Below, in pieces: positions 39,443 through 47,945 of a stretch of 64,000 bases of DNA (the stretch's first letter is position 1; every line of letters starts with the position of its first letter). This DNA is from Dehalococcoidia bacterium. Lineage in GTDB: Bacteria > Chloroflexota > Dehalococcoidia > Lucifugimonadales > UBA2985. Made by a program: the position numbers and the translations under genes. The notes under the pieces are model-generated. The model worked only from the letters and a program-made list of their open reading frames with translations. It had not been told where the DNA came from and made no database searches. The DNA lies in assembly GCA_034423135.1 (NCBI GenBank), contig DAOUJC010000010.1, positions 12,901 to 76,900 of the forward strand, given 5' to 3'.

Positions 39443-40426
39443 GTGTATACATCTCACGAATACTCTGGCCTCTCCGACCTGTACGCCATGCTTGGCCTGG
39501 TCTCCACTGCGTGGAGCCGCAACTGGCCGCGCAACCGCTTCCACGTGGGCGACGTGTGGTGGTACCTTGGCCTGGGCCGCGAGGAGACGCCGGACTACCC
39601 GCACCACTCGATCAAGCTGTGGACCGGCGACGACGGCGAGGCAGTGGGGTTCGCGTGGCTGGACGGCCCCGGCTCCGGCGACGTGCTGGTGCATCCCGAC
39701 CACCGCGGCTTGGGCATCGAGGAGGAGATGCTGGCGTGGCTGGAGGAGCGGCACCGGGTGGAGGCCGCTCCTAGCGGAGGAGCGTCCACGCTGGAGACTG
39801 GCAGCTACGGAGACCCGTACTGGCGGGCGCTGCTGGAGGCTAACGGCTTCCGGCGCGACGACAGCGTGGACGGCTGGCCGCTCTTCTGGCGGTCGCTCGA
39901 CGCGCTGGAGCCGGACGCGCCGCCGGATGGGTTCGTGGTGCGCGAGGTGGCTGGCGAGCACGAGGCCACCGCCCGCACGATGGTGCAGCGCGAGGCGTTC
40001 GCCAACCTGGACTTCGATATGCCGGGCCGGCCGGCGGGCGGCAGGGCGCCTGCCGCGGAACTCGCCGAGGTCGAGCGACGGACGCGCATCTACCGGAACA
40101 TCATGAGGTTGCAGGGATACCGCCGCGAGCTGGACATCGTGGTGGAGGCCGAGAACGGCGACCTAACGGCGTGCTGCACCTGCTGGCTGGACGCGGAGAA
40201 CCGCGTTGGTGAGTTCGAGCCGGTGGGCTGTCACCCCGACTACCGCCAGCGTGGTCTCACTCGCGCCGCCATGTTTGAGGCGATGAGGCGTCTCAGGTCG
40301 CTCGGCGCGGAGGCTGCGGTGGTGAGCACCAATCCGCTCAACACGCCGGCCAAGCGACTGTACCAGTCCTGCGGCTTCGAGCTGGTCTTCCTCGATCCGC
40401 TCTACCGCAAGACGTTTGCGGGCTAG
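39443..40426 (+). CDS. GNAT-family N-acetyltransferase (two GNAT-like halves)
   Basis: Acetyl-CoA motif RQRGLTRAAMFEAMRRL, plus HPDHRGLGIEEEML in the first half. The start is uncertain (GTG 39443, ATG 39401 or ATG 39488). Confidence 0.7.
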   Translation: MYTSHEYSGLSDLYAMLGLVSTAWSRNWPRNRFHVGDVWWYLGLGREETPDYPHHSIKLWTGDDGEAVGFAWLDGPGSGDVLVHPDHRGLGIEEEMLAWLEERHRVEAAPSGGASTLETGSYGDPYWRALLEANGFRRDDSVDGWPLFWRSLDALEPDAPPDGFVVREVAGEHEATARTMVQREAFANLDFDMPGRPAGGRAPAAELAEVERRTRIYRNIMRLQGYRRELDIVVEAENGDLTACCTCWLDAENRVGEFEPVGCHPDYRQRGLTRAAMFEAMRRLRSLGAEAAVVSTNPLNTPAKRLYQSCGFELVFLDPLYRKTFAG

Positions 40427-40435
40427 CGCCTCAGG

Positions 40436-41671
40436 TCAGCGCTCCCCCGCGTCCGCGGCCCTCTGCAAAACCTCTTCCCCCTTGATGGGGGAAGATTGAG
40501 ATGGGGGTGAAACGCCCTCCGTCTCGCCCTCAACCTCCCGCTCCACGCGCCGCACCGTCGAGAACGCCAGCAGAATGACCAGCAGCAGCGCCGTCGAGGC
40601 CAGGCCCATCGCTGCCACGGCCACGTCTGCGCCCCACGTCTCGGCGGCCGCCCCGAGCATCACCATGCCTGCGGGGCCAATCCCCACAGCTACCATCCGA
40701 ATGCTGAGCACCCGGCCCCTGATGTAGTCGGGCGAGATGATCTGCACCAGCGTAAAGTTGCTGGTCATGAACACCTGCAGCAGGTAGCCCACCAGGAGCG
40801 CCATCACGAGCGATAGCAGGTAAATCTTGGACAGGGCGAAGAACGCTATGAATATGCCCAGAGCCACGCCTCCAACGAGCATCAGCAGCTTGATCTGCCT
40901 GGGACTGCTGAACGCCGCAACGGAGAAGGATCCCGCGATGGCTCCCGCGCCGCCCATCGCGCCCAGCCAGCCAAGCCCGCTCTCGCCGACGTCCAGGATG
41001 TCCCTGGCGAACACCGGCAGCAGTGTCTGGTACGGCATGGCGAACACGGTCGTGACCGTTCCCATCAGCATCAGCCCAATGAGCACCTTGCTGTTCCTCA
41101 CGTAGCCCAGCCCCTGACCGATGCTGCCCAGCACGGTCGACCGCCGCTGCGGCGCGCCCTCCGACCTTGGGAGCCCCGGCAGTTTGAGCATGAAGAGCAG
41201 CACCAGCGCGGGCGCCAGCACCACGCAGGCCACCGCAAACGGGAATCCCATGCCGAACGCGGCCAGCAGGTATCCGGCCAGCGCCGGTCCAACCAGCATG
41301 GCAGAGCTGAATATCGTGGTGAAGAGCGCCACGCCGCTCGCAAGGTCCTGCCGCTCCACGAGGTTGCCCACGGACGCCGCCCGTGCGGGCATGCCGAGCG
41401 AGAAGCCGACGCCGTGCAGCGCTGTGAGCGCGAACACGTGCCACACCTGCACGACATCGGCCAGAATGAGGACTGCCAGCGCTAGGACCATGACGAAGTT
41501 AAAGACGTCGCTGACGATCAGCACCAGCTTGCGGTTCGCCCGGTCGGCGATGGCCCCGCCAAACACCGAGAACGCCAGCATGGGCGCCATCCCGATCGCG
41601 TTGACACCCGTCACCATGAACGAGGAGTCGGTCAGGTCCAGCACCAGCCACCCGCGGGCGATCATGGTCAT
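40436..41671 (-). CDS. MFS transporter (minimal extent; the true start is probably upstream at a non-canonical codon)
   Basis: MFS_3-like polytopic protein. The reading frame stays open upstream to 41893 and encodes the missing first TM helix (LRAFSYPQFRIFWAASLVSITSFF). See findings. Confidence 0.75.
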   Translation of the reverse strand: MTMIARGWLVLDLTDSSFMVTGVNAIGMAPMLAFSVFGGAIADRANRKLVLIVSDVFNFVMVLALAVLILADVVQVWHVFALTALHGVGFSLGMPARAASVGNLVERQDLASGVALFTTIFSSAMLVGPALAGYLLAAFGMGFPFAVACVVLAPALVLLFMLKLPGLPRSEGAPQRRSTVLGSIGQGLGYVRNSKVLIGLMLMGTVTTVFAMPYQTLLPVFARDILDVGESGLGWLGAMGGAGAIAGSFSVAAFSSPRQIKLLMLVGGVALGIFIAFFALSKIYLLSLVMALLVGYLLQVFMTSNFTLVQIISPDYIRGRVLSIRMVAVGIGPAGMVMLGAAAETWGADVAVAAMGLASTALLLVILLAFSTVRRVEREVEGETEGVSPPSQSSPIKGEEVLQRAADAGER

Positions 41672-41910
41672 GAAGAATGACGTGATGGAGACCAGGGAGG
41701 CGGCCCAAAATATACGGAACTGGGGATAGGAGAAGGCGCGCAGAGGCCCCAGCCGCCGCGAAGGGCGGCTCGCGTCAACCGCAGTCTGGCCCCCGTTGGC
41801 GCTGATGGCGGCCTCCCTATGGTGTAGAAACAGACCAGCCCGGCCTAGCAGCCGGCGGCTTTTACAACAGTATACGCCTATAAGGTGCGAAATTCACCGC
41901 GCGGCGCGCC

Positions 41911-41949
41911 GTCCGCTCATCCTGAGCGTGTCGAAGGACATGAGCGGAC
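41911..41949. repeat. Single copy of the CTCA(C/T)CCTGAGC...GTCGAAGG hairpin module
   Basis: GTCCGCTCATCCTGAGCGTGTCGAAGGACATGAGCGGAC has self-complementary arms and belongs to the same family as 13639, 15128, 29467 and 45493. Confidence 0.8.
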
Positions 41950-42023
41950 GGTCTCCGTGTGCGGGCCGTAGCCTAACGCATACTCGCCTAAGGGTAGCAG
42001 CAAGGAGACTCCCAGTGCGGAAG

Positions 42024-43012
42024 CTAAGGGTACTCTTCCGTCTCCGCATCACCTGGCAAGTCCGCGTCAAACTCATCGGTCAGCTCCCTCACTATGGGAA
42101 TCACAGTCTCAACGAGTTTGACGTATTTGTTGACCATCCAGCCAGCAGTATCGTTCAGCACGTCTTCGGCATCGCTGACACTTCTGTTGCGCAAGTAAAG
42201 GGCTATGCGAGACGCCCTGCGAGTTTCCAGTCTCTCCCATGTTAGCTCCTCACCGAATGCGCTTTCGATTCGTTCTCGCTGAGAGTGCAGCAGGTCAAAG
42301 AATCGTTTGGTAATCTGCTTGTCATGCTTATCCAGGTACAGTTCGATTCGGGCGTCCTGCGCGCTGAAGCTGACGTTGCGCCTGACACCGGGACCCCCGA
42401 TGAGAAATCTATCCAGTTGTCGGTGGTGCTACTGCGCCGTGAAGTCAGCCTGTGGCTATTCCTGAGCCTGTCCACAACTTTGGGCCAGAACGCAAAGTAG
42501 GCTTGCCCCTTGGCGCTGGGGCGTGCGCCCTGGCCGCTTACAACCCTGCTCTTCACAACAGTGTTGGGCCGTGAAGCAACTTCAAAGACTGAGGCAGGTG
42601 CGGAGTCTCCAATTCGCACCGCCTTGACCACAACTCCCCAGAACTCGGTCTCTTCGCCGGTGCGCTGGTTGAGCCAGTCTAGCGCTTGCCTGTGCTCGTC
42701 TCTGAATTCCCTAACCACCCAAACCATAACGTCCGCGTTCAGACCGGCAGCGTAGGTCAGCACCTTGCCAAGGTGGTCATGGTTAGTTGGCTCGAGCTGG
42801 TTCTCAATGATCACAGTTCTGTTAGCATCCTTCGCGTGAATGTCCAGCGAGAACGGACCTATGGGCGCTTCTGGCTCTACCAGCTCAAGATCCATGCCAA
42901 GGACTTCACCAAGTCTGTCCAAGTTCTTGGCTAGCCACGGAGTGAAGTCGCGGGCCTCATTTTCCCATACGTCTCTCAAATTGGCTTCCTCAAGTCGCGC
43001 TATTTCTGGCAT
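42024..43012 (-). pseudogene. DUF4268-type (PD-(D/E)xK-like N-terminal domain) gene interrupted by a frameshift
   Basis: The N-terminal part (43012..~42400) has the family hallmarks RDFTPWLA, DIHAKD...VIIENQLEPTNHDHLGKVLTYAAG and EHRQALDWLN. The conserved C-terminal part (ARIELYLDKHDKQITKRFFDLLHSQRERIESAFGEELTWE...) continues in another frame to TAG 42024-42026. The switch falls at a 5-nt homopolymer (42394-42398). Confidence 0.7.
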
Positions 43013-43195
43013 CTCACTCCTCCCGAACCAAGCCTCGTGGCAGACACTCAACTGATTGCCGCATCAGTATACACCCCTATTGAGGAGAGCAATCCGACGC
43101 GCAACGCCCCCCTTCCTTGCCCCAATGGACGCTCACAACATATAATCATGCTGCCCGCATTCGGCCGGGCACCCCATCGACACAAGGAGGTGGAC

Positions 43196-44173
43196 ATGGC
43201 TGCCAAAATCGCCTATCTCTCGCCCAACCAGGATCAGATGCCGGACTTCCAAAGGCTGGCCGCCGGCGGTGAGGAGATCGTCTGGGTCGACTCCAACCAG
43301 CCCGTGGAGAAGCAGGCGGAGGACCTCCGCGGTGTGGTCGCCGTCATTCCCACGCCGTCGCGCTACTCGGAGGAACTTGCGCGGCTGACTCCATCGGTCC
43401 GCCTCGTCCAGACCATCAGCGCCGGCACCAACATGATCGACAAGGTGGCGCTCGGCGAGCTCGGCATACTGGTCGCCAACAACGGCGGCGGCAACGCCAT
43501 CGCCGTGGCGGAGCACACCATAGCTCTGATGGTGAGCGCCTTCCGAAAGTTCCAGCTCCAGTTCAACAACGTGAGGGACGGCAACTGGGCCGGCGACATC
43601 CGCACCAACTGGTTCTCGCAGGCCTACGAAGTTGCCGGCAAGAAGATCGGCATCGTGGGGCTCGGCCGCATCGGTTCACGCCTGGCCCGGCGCCTCCAAG
43701 GCTGGGAGTGCGAGCTCGTCTACAGCGACATCGTCGACATCGAGCCTGCGCTGGAGGAGGAGCTTCACGTCACCCGCGTCTCGCTGGAAGAGCTGCTCAC
43801 CACGTCGGACATCATCTCGCTGCACGTGCCTCTAAACCGCAACACACACCACATGATCAGTGACCGCGAGTTCGACATGATGAAGCCGACCGCGCTGCTG
43901 GTCAACGCCTGCCGCGGCCCCGTGGTGGACGAGGAAGCCCTCTTCCGGGCCATACGCGACAAGAAGATTGCGGTTGCGGCGCTGGACGTCACGGAGGAGG
44001 AGCCCACGCCGGTGGATAACCCGCTGCTGCAGTTCGACAACGTGCTCATCACGCCGCACCTGGCCGCCCTTGCGATAGAGTCGCACGAGCGCAGCCGCGC
44101 CTTCGCGGTGTACAACACGCAAAGGGTGGCGAGCGGCGAGGAGCCGGAGTCGATCGTCCCGCCGGACGACTAG
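43196..44173 (+). CDS. D-isomer-specific 2-hydroxyacid dehydrogenase family protein
   Basis: NAD-binding motif GIVGLGRIGSRLARRL and catalytic region NACRGPVVDE...TPH. AAGGAGG precedes ATG 43196. Confidence 0.85.
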   Translation: MAAKIAYLSPNQDQMPDFQRLAAGGEEIVWVDSNQPVEKQAEDLRGVVAVIPTPSRYSEELARLTPSVRLVQTISAGTNMIDKVALGELGILVANNGGGNAIAVAEHTIALMVSAFRKFQLQFNNVRDGNWAGDIRTNWFSQAYEVAGKKIGIVGLGRIGSRLARRLQGWECELVYSDIVDIEPALEEELHVTRVSLEELLTTSDIISLHVPLNRNTHHMISDREFDMMKPTALLVNACRGPVVDEEALFRAIRDKKIAVAALDVTEEEPTPVDNPLLQFDNVLITPHLAALAIESHERSRAFAVYNTQRVASGEEPESIVPPDD

Positions 44174-44199
44174 GCGGAACAGCTGCCTGAATTTGGAAG

Positions 44200-44275
44200 T
44201 GCCCTCAAGGGGATTCGAACCCCTGATCTCCACCTTGAAAGGGTGGCGTCCTAGGCCAGGCTAGACGATGAGGGC
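44200..44275 (-). tRNA. tRNA-Glu (anticodon UUC), CCA not encoded
   Basis: Hand-folded: acceptor GCCCTCA/TGAGGGC, D-stem GTCT/GGAC, anticodon stem CCACC/GGTGG with loop CTTTCAA, T-arm AGGGG-TTCGAAT-CCCCT. Confidence 0.9.
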
Positions 44276-44334
44276 ACGTTAGGCTTCAAGTCGGCTGGCC
44301 GCCGGGCCGGTGCGCGGCGGCAGCGATGCGTGGG

Positions 44335-45372
44335 CTAGGGGTAGAGCGCCAGCTGCTCCAGCCCCTCGGTTTCCTCCAGCCCCAGCATCAGGTTCATGTT
44401 CTGGATGGCCTGCCCGGCGGCGCCCTTGACCAGGTTGTCCAGGCAGCTTATGACCATCAGCCGATTGGTGCGCAGGTCCACGGTGGGGTAGATCACGCAG
44501 TTGTTGTTGCCCAGCGTGTGCTTGGTCATGGGCGAGGACCCGACCACCTGGACGAAAGGCTCGTCTCGGTAGAAGCTCTCGTAGAGCGCCCGCAGCTCCT
44601 TGACGCCCTCCGGCCCGGATGCGATGGCGCCGTCCTTCAGAGTCGCGTAGCAGGAGTCCAGGATGCCGCGTGTCATGGGTATCAGGTGCGGCAGGAAAGT
44701 CAGCCTGGGCTCAAAGCCTCCGCGGTAGCGGCGCAGCTCCTGCGTAATCTCCGGCATGTGCCGGTGCCCGTTCACCGAGTAGGCCGACACATTCTCGTTC
44801 ACCTCCGAGAAGTGGGTGTTGAGGCTGAGGCCGCGGCCCGCCCCGGACACGCCGGACTTGGCGTCGATGATAATGTCCTCGTGAATGAGACCCTCGCGAA
44901 CGGCGGGCGCAAGCGCCAGGATCGCGCCGGTGGGGTAGCAGCCGGGGTTGGCGACCAGCGTGGCCGAAGTCACGTCGCTGCGGTTGAGCTCCGTCAGGCC
45001 GTACACTGACTCCTCGAGGAGTTGCGCCTTGGGATGCGCTACGCCGTACCACTCCTCGTACTCGGAGGCGTCCTTCAGGCGGAAGTCGGCGCTGATGTCG
45101 ATCGACTTCACGCCCTGCTCCACCAGCGGTATGAGAGCCTCCGCGCTGGCCGTCTGCGGAAGGGCTGAGAACACCACGTCGACGCTCTCGGTCACCTCCG
45201 ACTCGATCGCCATGTCGATGTCCGACAGGTGGGGGAATGCGTCGCCCAGCTTCTGGCCCACGGCGCTACGGCCCGTGACCTGCGTGAGCTCGATGTCCGG
45301 GTGGCGGTGCAGAATGCGGGCGAGCTCTATGCCTGAATAGCCGGTGACGTTGATGATTGCAGCTTTCTTCAT
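44335..45372 (-). CDS. argC: N-acetyl-gamma-glutamyl-phosphate reductase
   Basis: N-terminal NAD motif NVTGYSGIEL and active-site NPGCYPTG. GGAGGAGAC precedes ATG 45372. Confidence 0.9.
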   Translation of the reverse strand: MKKAAIINVTGYSGIELARILHRHPDIELTQVTGRSAVGQKLGDAFPHLSDIDMAIESEVTESVDVVFSALPQTASAEALIPLVEQGVKSIDISADFRLKDASEYEEWYGVAHPKAQLLEESVYGLTELNRSDVTSATLVANPGCYPTGAILALAPAVREGLIHEDIIIDAKSGVSGAGRGLSLNTHFSEVNENVSAYSVNGHRHMPEITQELRRYRGGFEPRLTFLPHLIPMTRGILDSCYATLKDGAIASGPEGVKELRALYESFYRDEPFVQVVGSSPMTKHTLGNNNCVIYPTVDLRTNRLMVISCLDNLVKGAAGQAIQNMNLMLGLEETEGLEQLALYP

Positions 45373-45439
45373 GTCTCCTCCGTTTGGTCGCAGAGGTAAA
45401 GTATAAGGCCTTGTGCGACCCTGGGGCAAGCCGACCCGT

Positions 45440-45590
45440 CCAAGGCCCGCTCATGGTGAGCCTGTCGAACCATTTGAGCGGTAAACTCGCGAGTCCGCTC
45501 ACGCCCTTCGACCGGGCTCAGGGTGAGCGGACAAAAGGGCAGCCCGCTCATGATGAGCTGAGAGTTTACCCTGAGCGAAGCCGAAGGGAA
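45440..45590. repeat. Intergenic composite repeat cluster (modules in inverted orientation)
   Basis: CCCGCTCATGGTGAGCCTGTCGAACCAT, GTCCGCTCACGCCCTTCGACCGGGCTCAGGGTGAGCGGAC and GAGTTTACCCTGAGCGAAGCCGAAGGG are reverse complements of modules at 13483-13684, 15030-15173 and 29465-29605. Confidence 0.85.
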
Positions 45591-45618
45591 CCATATCAGC
45601 GGGCAAAAACCGACCGAC

Positions 45619-46332
45619 TCACACCCGAAACGCCGACGGGCATCGCTCGCTCAGCACGCACCGGTCGCACATCGGCCTACGCGCCCGGCACACCTGCCGC
45701 CCGTGGGCGATTATGTGCACGTGCAGCGCGAACACCCGCTCCGGCGGCACCGACGACTCCAGAATGTCGTGGGCCTGGTCGGCGGTCACCTTGGGACCGA
45801 TGAGGCCCAGGCGGCGGCTCACGCGGTGGATGTGCGTGTCCACGGGCATCGCCGGCATCCCCAGCGCAAACGACAGCACGATGGCCGCCGTCTTGGGCCC
45901 GACTCCGGGAAGCTCTCGCAGCCACTGCTTGGCCTCTTCCAGTGGCATCTCGCCCAGGAAGTCGAGGTCCAGCGACCCGCGGCGCTCGCGGATGTCCTGC
46001 AGCACGGCCTTGATCCTGGGCGCCTTGATCCGGGACAGGCCGCCGTTCCAGATTACGCGGGCGATGTGGTCCGAATCGGCGTCGGCCACGCGCTCCCAGT
46101 CGCCGAACGCGTCGCGGAGGCTGTCGTACGCCCTGAAGGCGTTCACGTCCGAGTTGTGCTGCGAGAGGATGGTGAACACAAGCTCGGACACAGCGTCAAA
46201 GCGCGGCTCCCACTCGACGGGGCCCTGCTCGGCCTCCAGTATGAGGAGCGCGTCGAGGGAGGTGATGGACGGGGTGTGATCGCCGTCGCTCTTGGGCGAT
46301 GCGTCGCGTTTTGCTCGCTTGGGGGACGGCAT
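45619..46332 (-). CDS. nth: Endonuclease III
   Basis: HhH-GPD (LPGVGPKTA...VDTH) and a C-terminal 4Fe-4S loop C-x6-C-x2-C-x5-C (CRARRPMCDRCVLSERC). Confidence 0.9.
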   Translation of the reverse strand: MPSPKRAKRDASPKSDGDHTPSITSLDALLILEAEQGPVEWEPRFDAVSELVFTILSQHNSDVNAFRAYDSLRDAFGDWERVADADSDHIARVIWNGGLSRIKAPRIKAVLQDIRERRGSLDLDFLGEMPLEEAKQWLRELPGVGPKTAAIVLSFALGMPAMPVDTHIHRVSRRLGLIGPKVTADQAHDILESSVPPERVFALHVHIIAHGRQVCRARRPMCDRCVLSERCPSAFRV

Positions 46333-46368
46333 GATGCTATCTGCGCAGGCGGGCTTGCATTCCAGTAG

Positions 46369-46443
46369 TGGAGCGGGAGATGGGATTCGAACCCACGACG
46401 TCCGCCTTGGAAGGGCGGAGCTCTACCGCTGAGCTACTCCCGC
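46369..46443 (-). tRNA. tRNA-Gly (anticodon UCC)
   Basis: Hand-folded: acceptor GCGGGAG/CTCCCGC, anticodon stem CCGCC/GGCGG with loop CTTCCAA, T-loop TTCGAAT, encoded CCA. Confidence 0.9.
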
Positions 46444-46520
46444 ACCAGCCGAGCGTACCGCCCGGCTGCTCACGCGTCATTATACCAGCGCGCCCGCGCG
46501 CGGGGTAGGGGTGCGGCAGC

Positions 46521-46549
46521 TTGACACTCGCCGCAGCGGTGACTATACT
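46521..46549 (+). promoter_or_regulatory. Promoter of the trpS T-box leader
   Basis: TTGACA, 17 nt, TATACT. Confidence 0.6.
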
Positions 46550-46555
46550 CCGCGC

Positions 46556-46854
46556 AAAATTCGCATAGCCAAAGGCAGCGAACGGGGATAGTACGCCTCA
46601 AGCGGGGCTCAGAGAGCCGGGGAAGGTGCGAGCCGGCGCCTGCGCAGAGGTCGAATGGGCCCGGGAGCCGCACGCCGAAGGCCCCATCGCAGGGGTCGTA
46701 GGCCGAGCCGGGGGAGTCCCGTTACAGACTCACGAGCCTACCATTAGCGGCTCGGACGAGATACGAGAGGCGCGGGCATCGGTTGCCCCGCTCTCGAAAT
46801 AAGGGTGGCACCGCGGACAAGCCCCGCCCCTTGAAGGGCGGGGCTGTTTTTTTT
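46556..46854 (+). ncRNA. T-box riboswitch leader, Trp (UGG) specifier
   Basis: Contains the AGAGAG box, GGTGCGA distal-loop motif, GAA-UGG-G specifier candidate (UGG at 46656-46658), F-box CCGTTA and T-box AATAAGGGTGGCACCGCGG. The terminator is GCCCCGCCC-cttgaa-GGGCGGGGC followed by T8. Confidence 0.85.
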
Positions 46855-46905
46855 GAGACAATACCTGCGCCGAGGTATCCGAGACGAGAGGAGTGGCATT
46901 TGGCC

Positions 46906-47910
46906 ATGACTGCACCGACACAGCGAATACTGACAGGAATACGGCCCACCGGAGCCCTGCATCTGGGCCACTACGCCGGGGCTCTGGAGAACTGGATTCG
47001 CCTTCAGGAGCAGTACGACTGCATCTTCCTGATAGCCGACTATCAGGCCCTGGGCGACCACGTCGAGGACATCGACAGCATCCGGCAGTCCGTGTTTGGT
47101 GTTGCGCTCGACTGGCTGGCCGTGGGCCTCGACCCGCATCGCAGCACGTACTGCATCCAGAGCTACGTACCGGAGCACGCCGAGCTCACCATGCTCCTCT
47201 CCATGATCACGCCGTTGGGCATGTTGCAGCGCAACCCCACCCTCAAGAACGAGTTGCAGGAGCTGCGCAATACGAGTCCCTCCGTGGGCTTCTACAACTA
47301 CCCCGTCAGCCAGATTGCGGACATCCTGCTGCCCAAAGCGCACCTGGTGCCAACGGGTGACGATCAGCTTCCGCACGTGGAGATGACGCGCGAGATAGCC
47401 AGGAGATTCAATCGGAGCTATGGCGAAGTGTTTCCCGAGCCGCAATCCTTGATAGGGCGAGCGCCTCGCCTGGTTGGCACCGATGGCGGCGCCAAAATGA
47501 GCAAGAGCATCGGCAATTGCATCTACCTGAGCGACGACGCGGAGACGGTGAACCGGAAGGTCATGAGCATGTACACAGATCCCACGCGTATCCACGCCAC
47601 CGACCCTGGACACGTGGAAGGGAACCCTGTGTTCGTCTATCACGACACGTTCAACCCGGACACCGCCGAGGTGGAAGACCTGAAGGAGCGCTACCTGGTC
47701 GGCGGCGTTGGCGACGTGGAGGTGAAGCGCAAGCTGGCCGGCGCTCTCAACGGCTTCCTGGAGCCCATTCGCGAGAGCCGCCGCTACTATGAGGAGCATC
47801 CGGAACTGGTGAGGGACGCCCTGCTGGAAGGCACGCAGCGCGCCAGGGCCATCGCGGAGTCGACGATGACGGAGGTGCGGGACTCTATGCGAATCAGCCG
47901 GTACGTGTAG
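46906..47910 (+). CDS. trpS: Tryptophan--tRNA ligase
   Basis: HLGHY and KMSKS motifs. GAGAGGAG precedes ATG 46906. The track start at 46783 lies inside the T-box leader. Confidence 0.95.
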   Translation: MTAPTQRILTGIRPTGALHLGHYAGALENWIRLQEQYDCIFLIADYQALGDHVEDIDSIRQSVFGVALDWLAVGLDPHRSTYCIQSYVPEHAELTMLLSMITPLGMLQRNPTLKNELQELRNTSPSVGFYNYPVSQIADILLPKAHLVPTGDDQLPHVEMTREIARRFNRSYGEVFPEPQSLIGRAPRLVGTDGGAKMSKSIGNCIYLSDDAETVNRKVMSMYTDPTRIHATDPGHVEGNPVFVYHDTFNPDTAEVEDLKERYLVGGVGDVEVKRKLAGALNGFLEPIRESRRYYEEHPELVRDALLEGTQRARAIAESTMTEVRDSMRISRYV

Positions 47911-47945
47911 CCGGGAAGCATCGCAACCCGTAAGGTGAAATCAAC

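Noticed and set aside
42380-42410. Programmed -1 ribosomal frameshift in the DUF4268-type gene.
   Set aside because: The site (C GGG GGU on the mRNA) is not a canonical slippery heptamer, and I see no obvious downstream pseudoknot. A homopolymer indel (mutation or sequencing error) is the simpler explanation. It is kept as a frameshifted pseudogene pending read-level checks.
46470-46949. Small ORFs across the trpS upstream region (46470..46673, 46722..46949, 46730..46921) and the 5' extension of the trpS ORF from 46783.
   Set aside because: The region carries all T-box leader elements and an intrinsic terminator, so it is a non-coding regulatory RNA.
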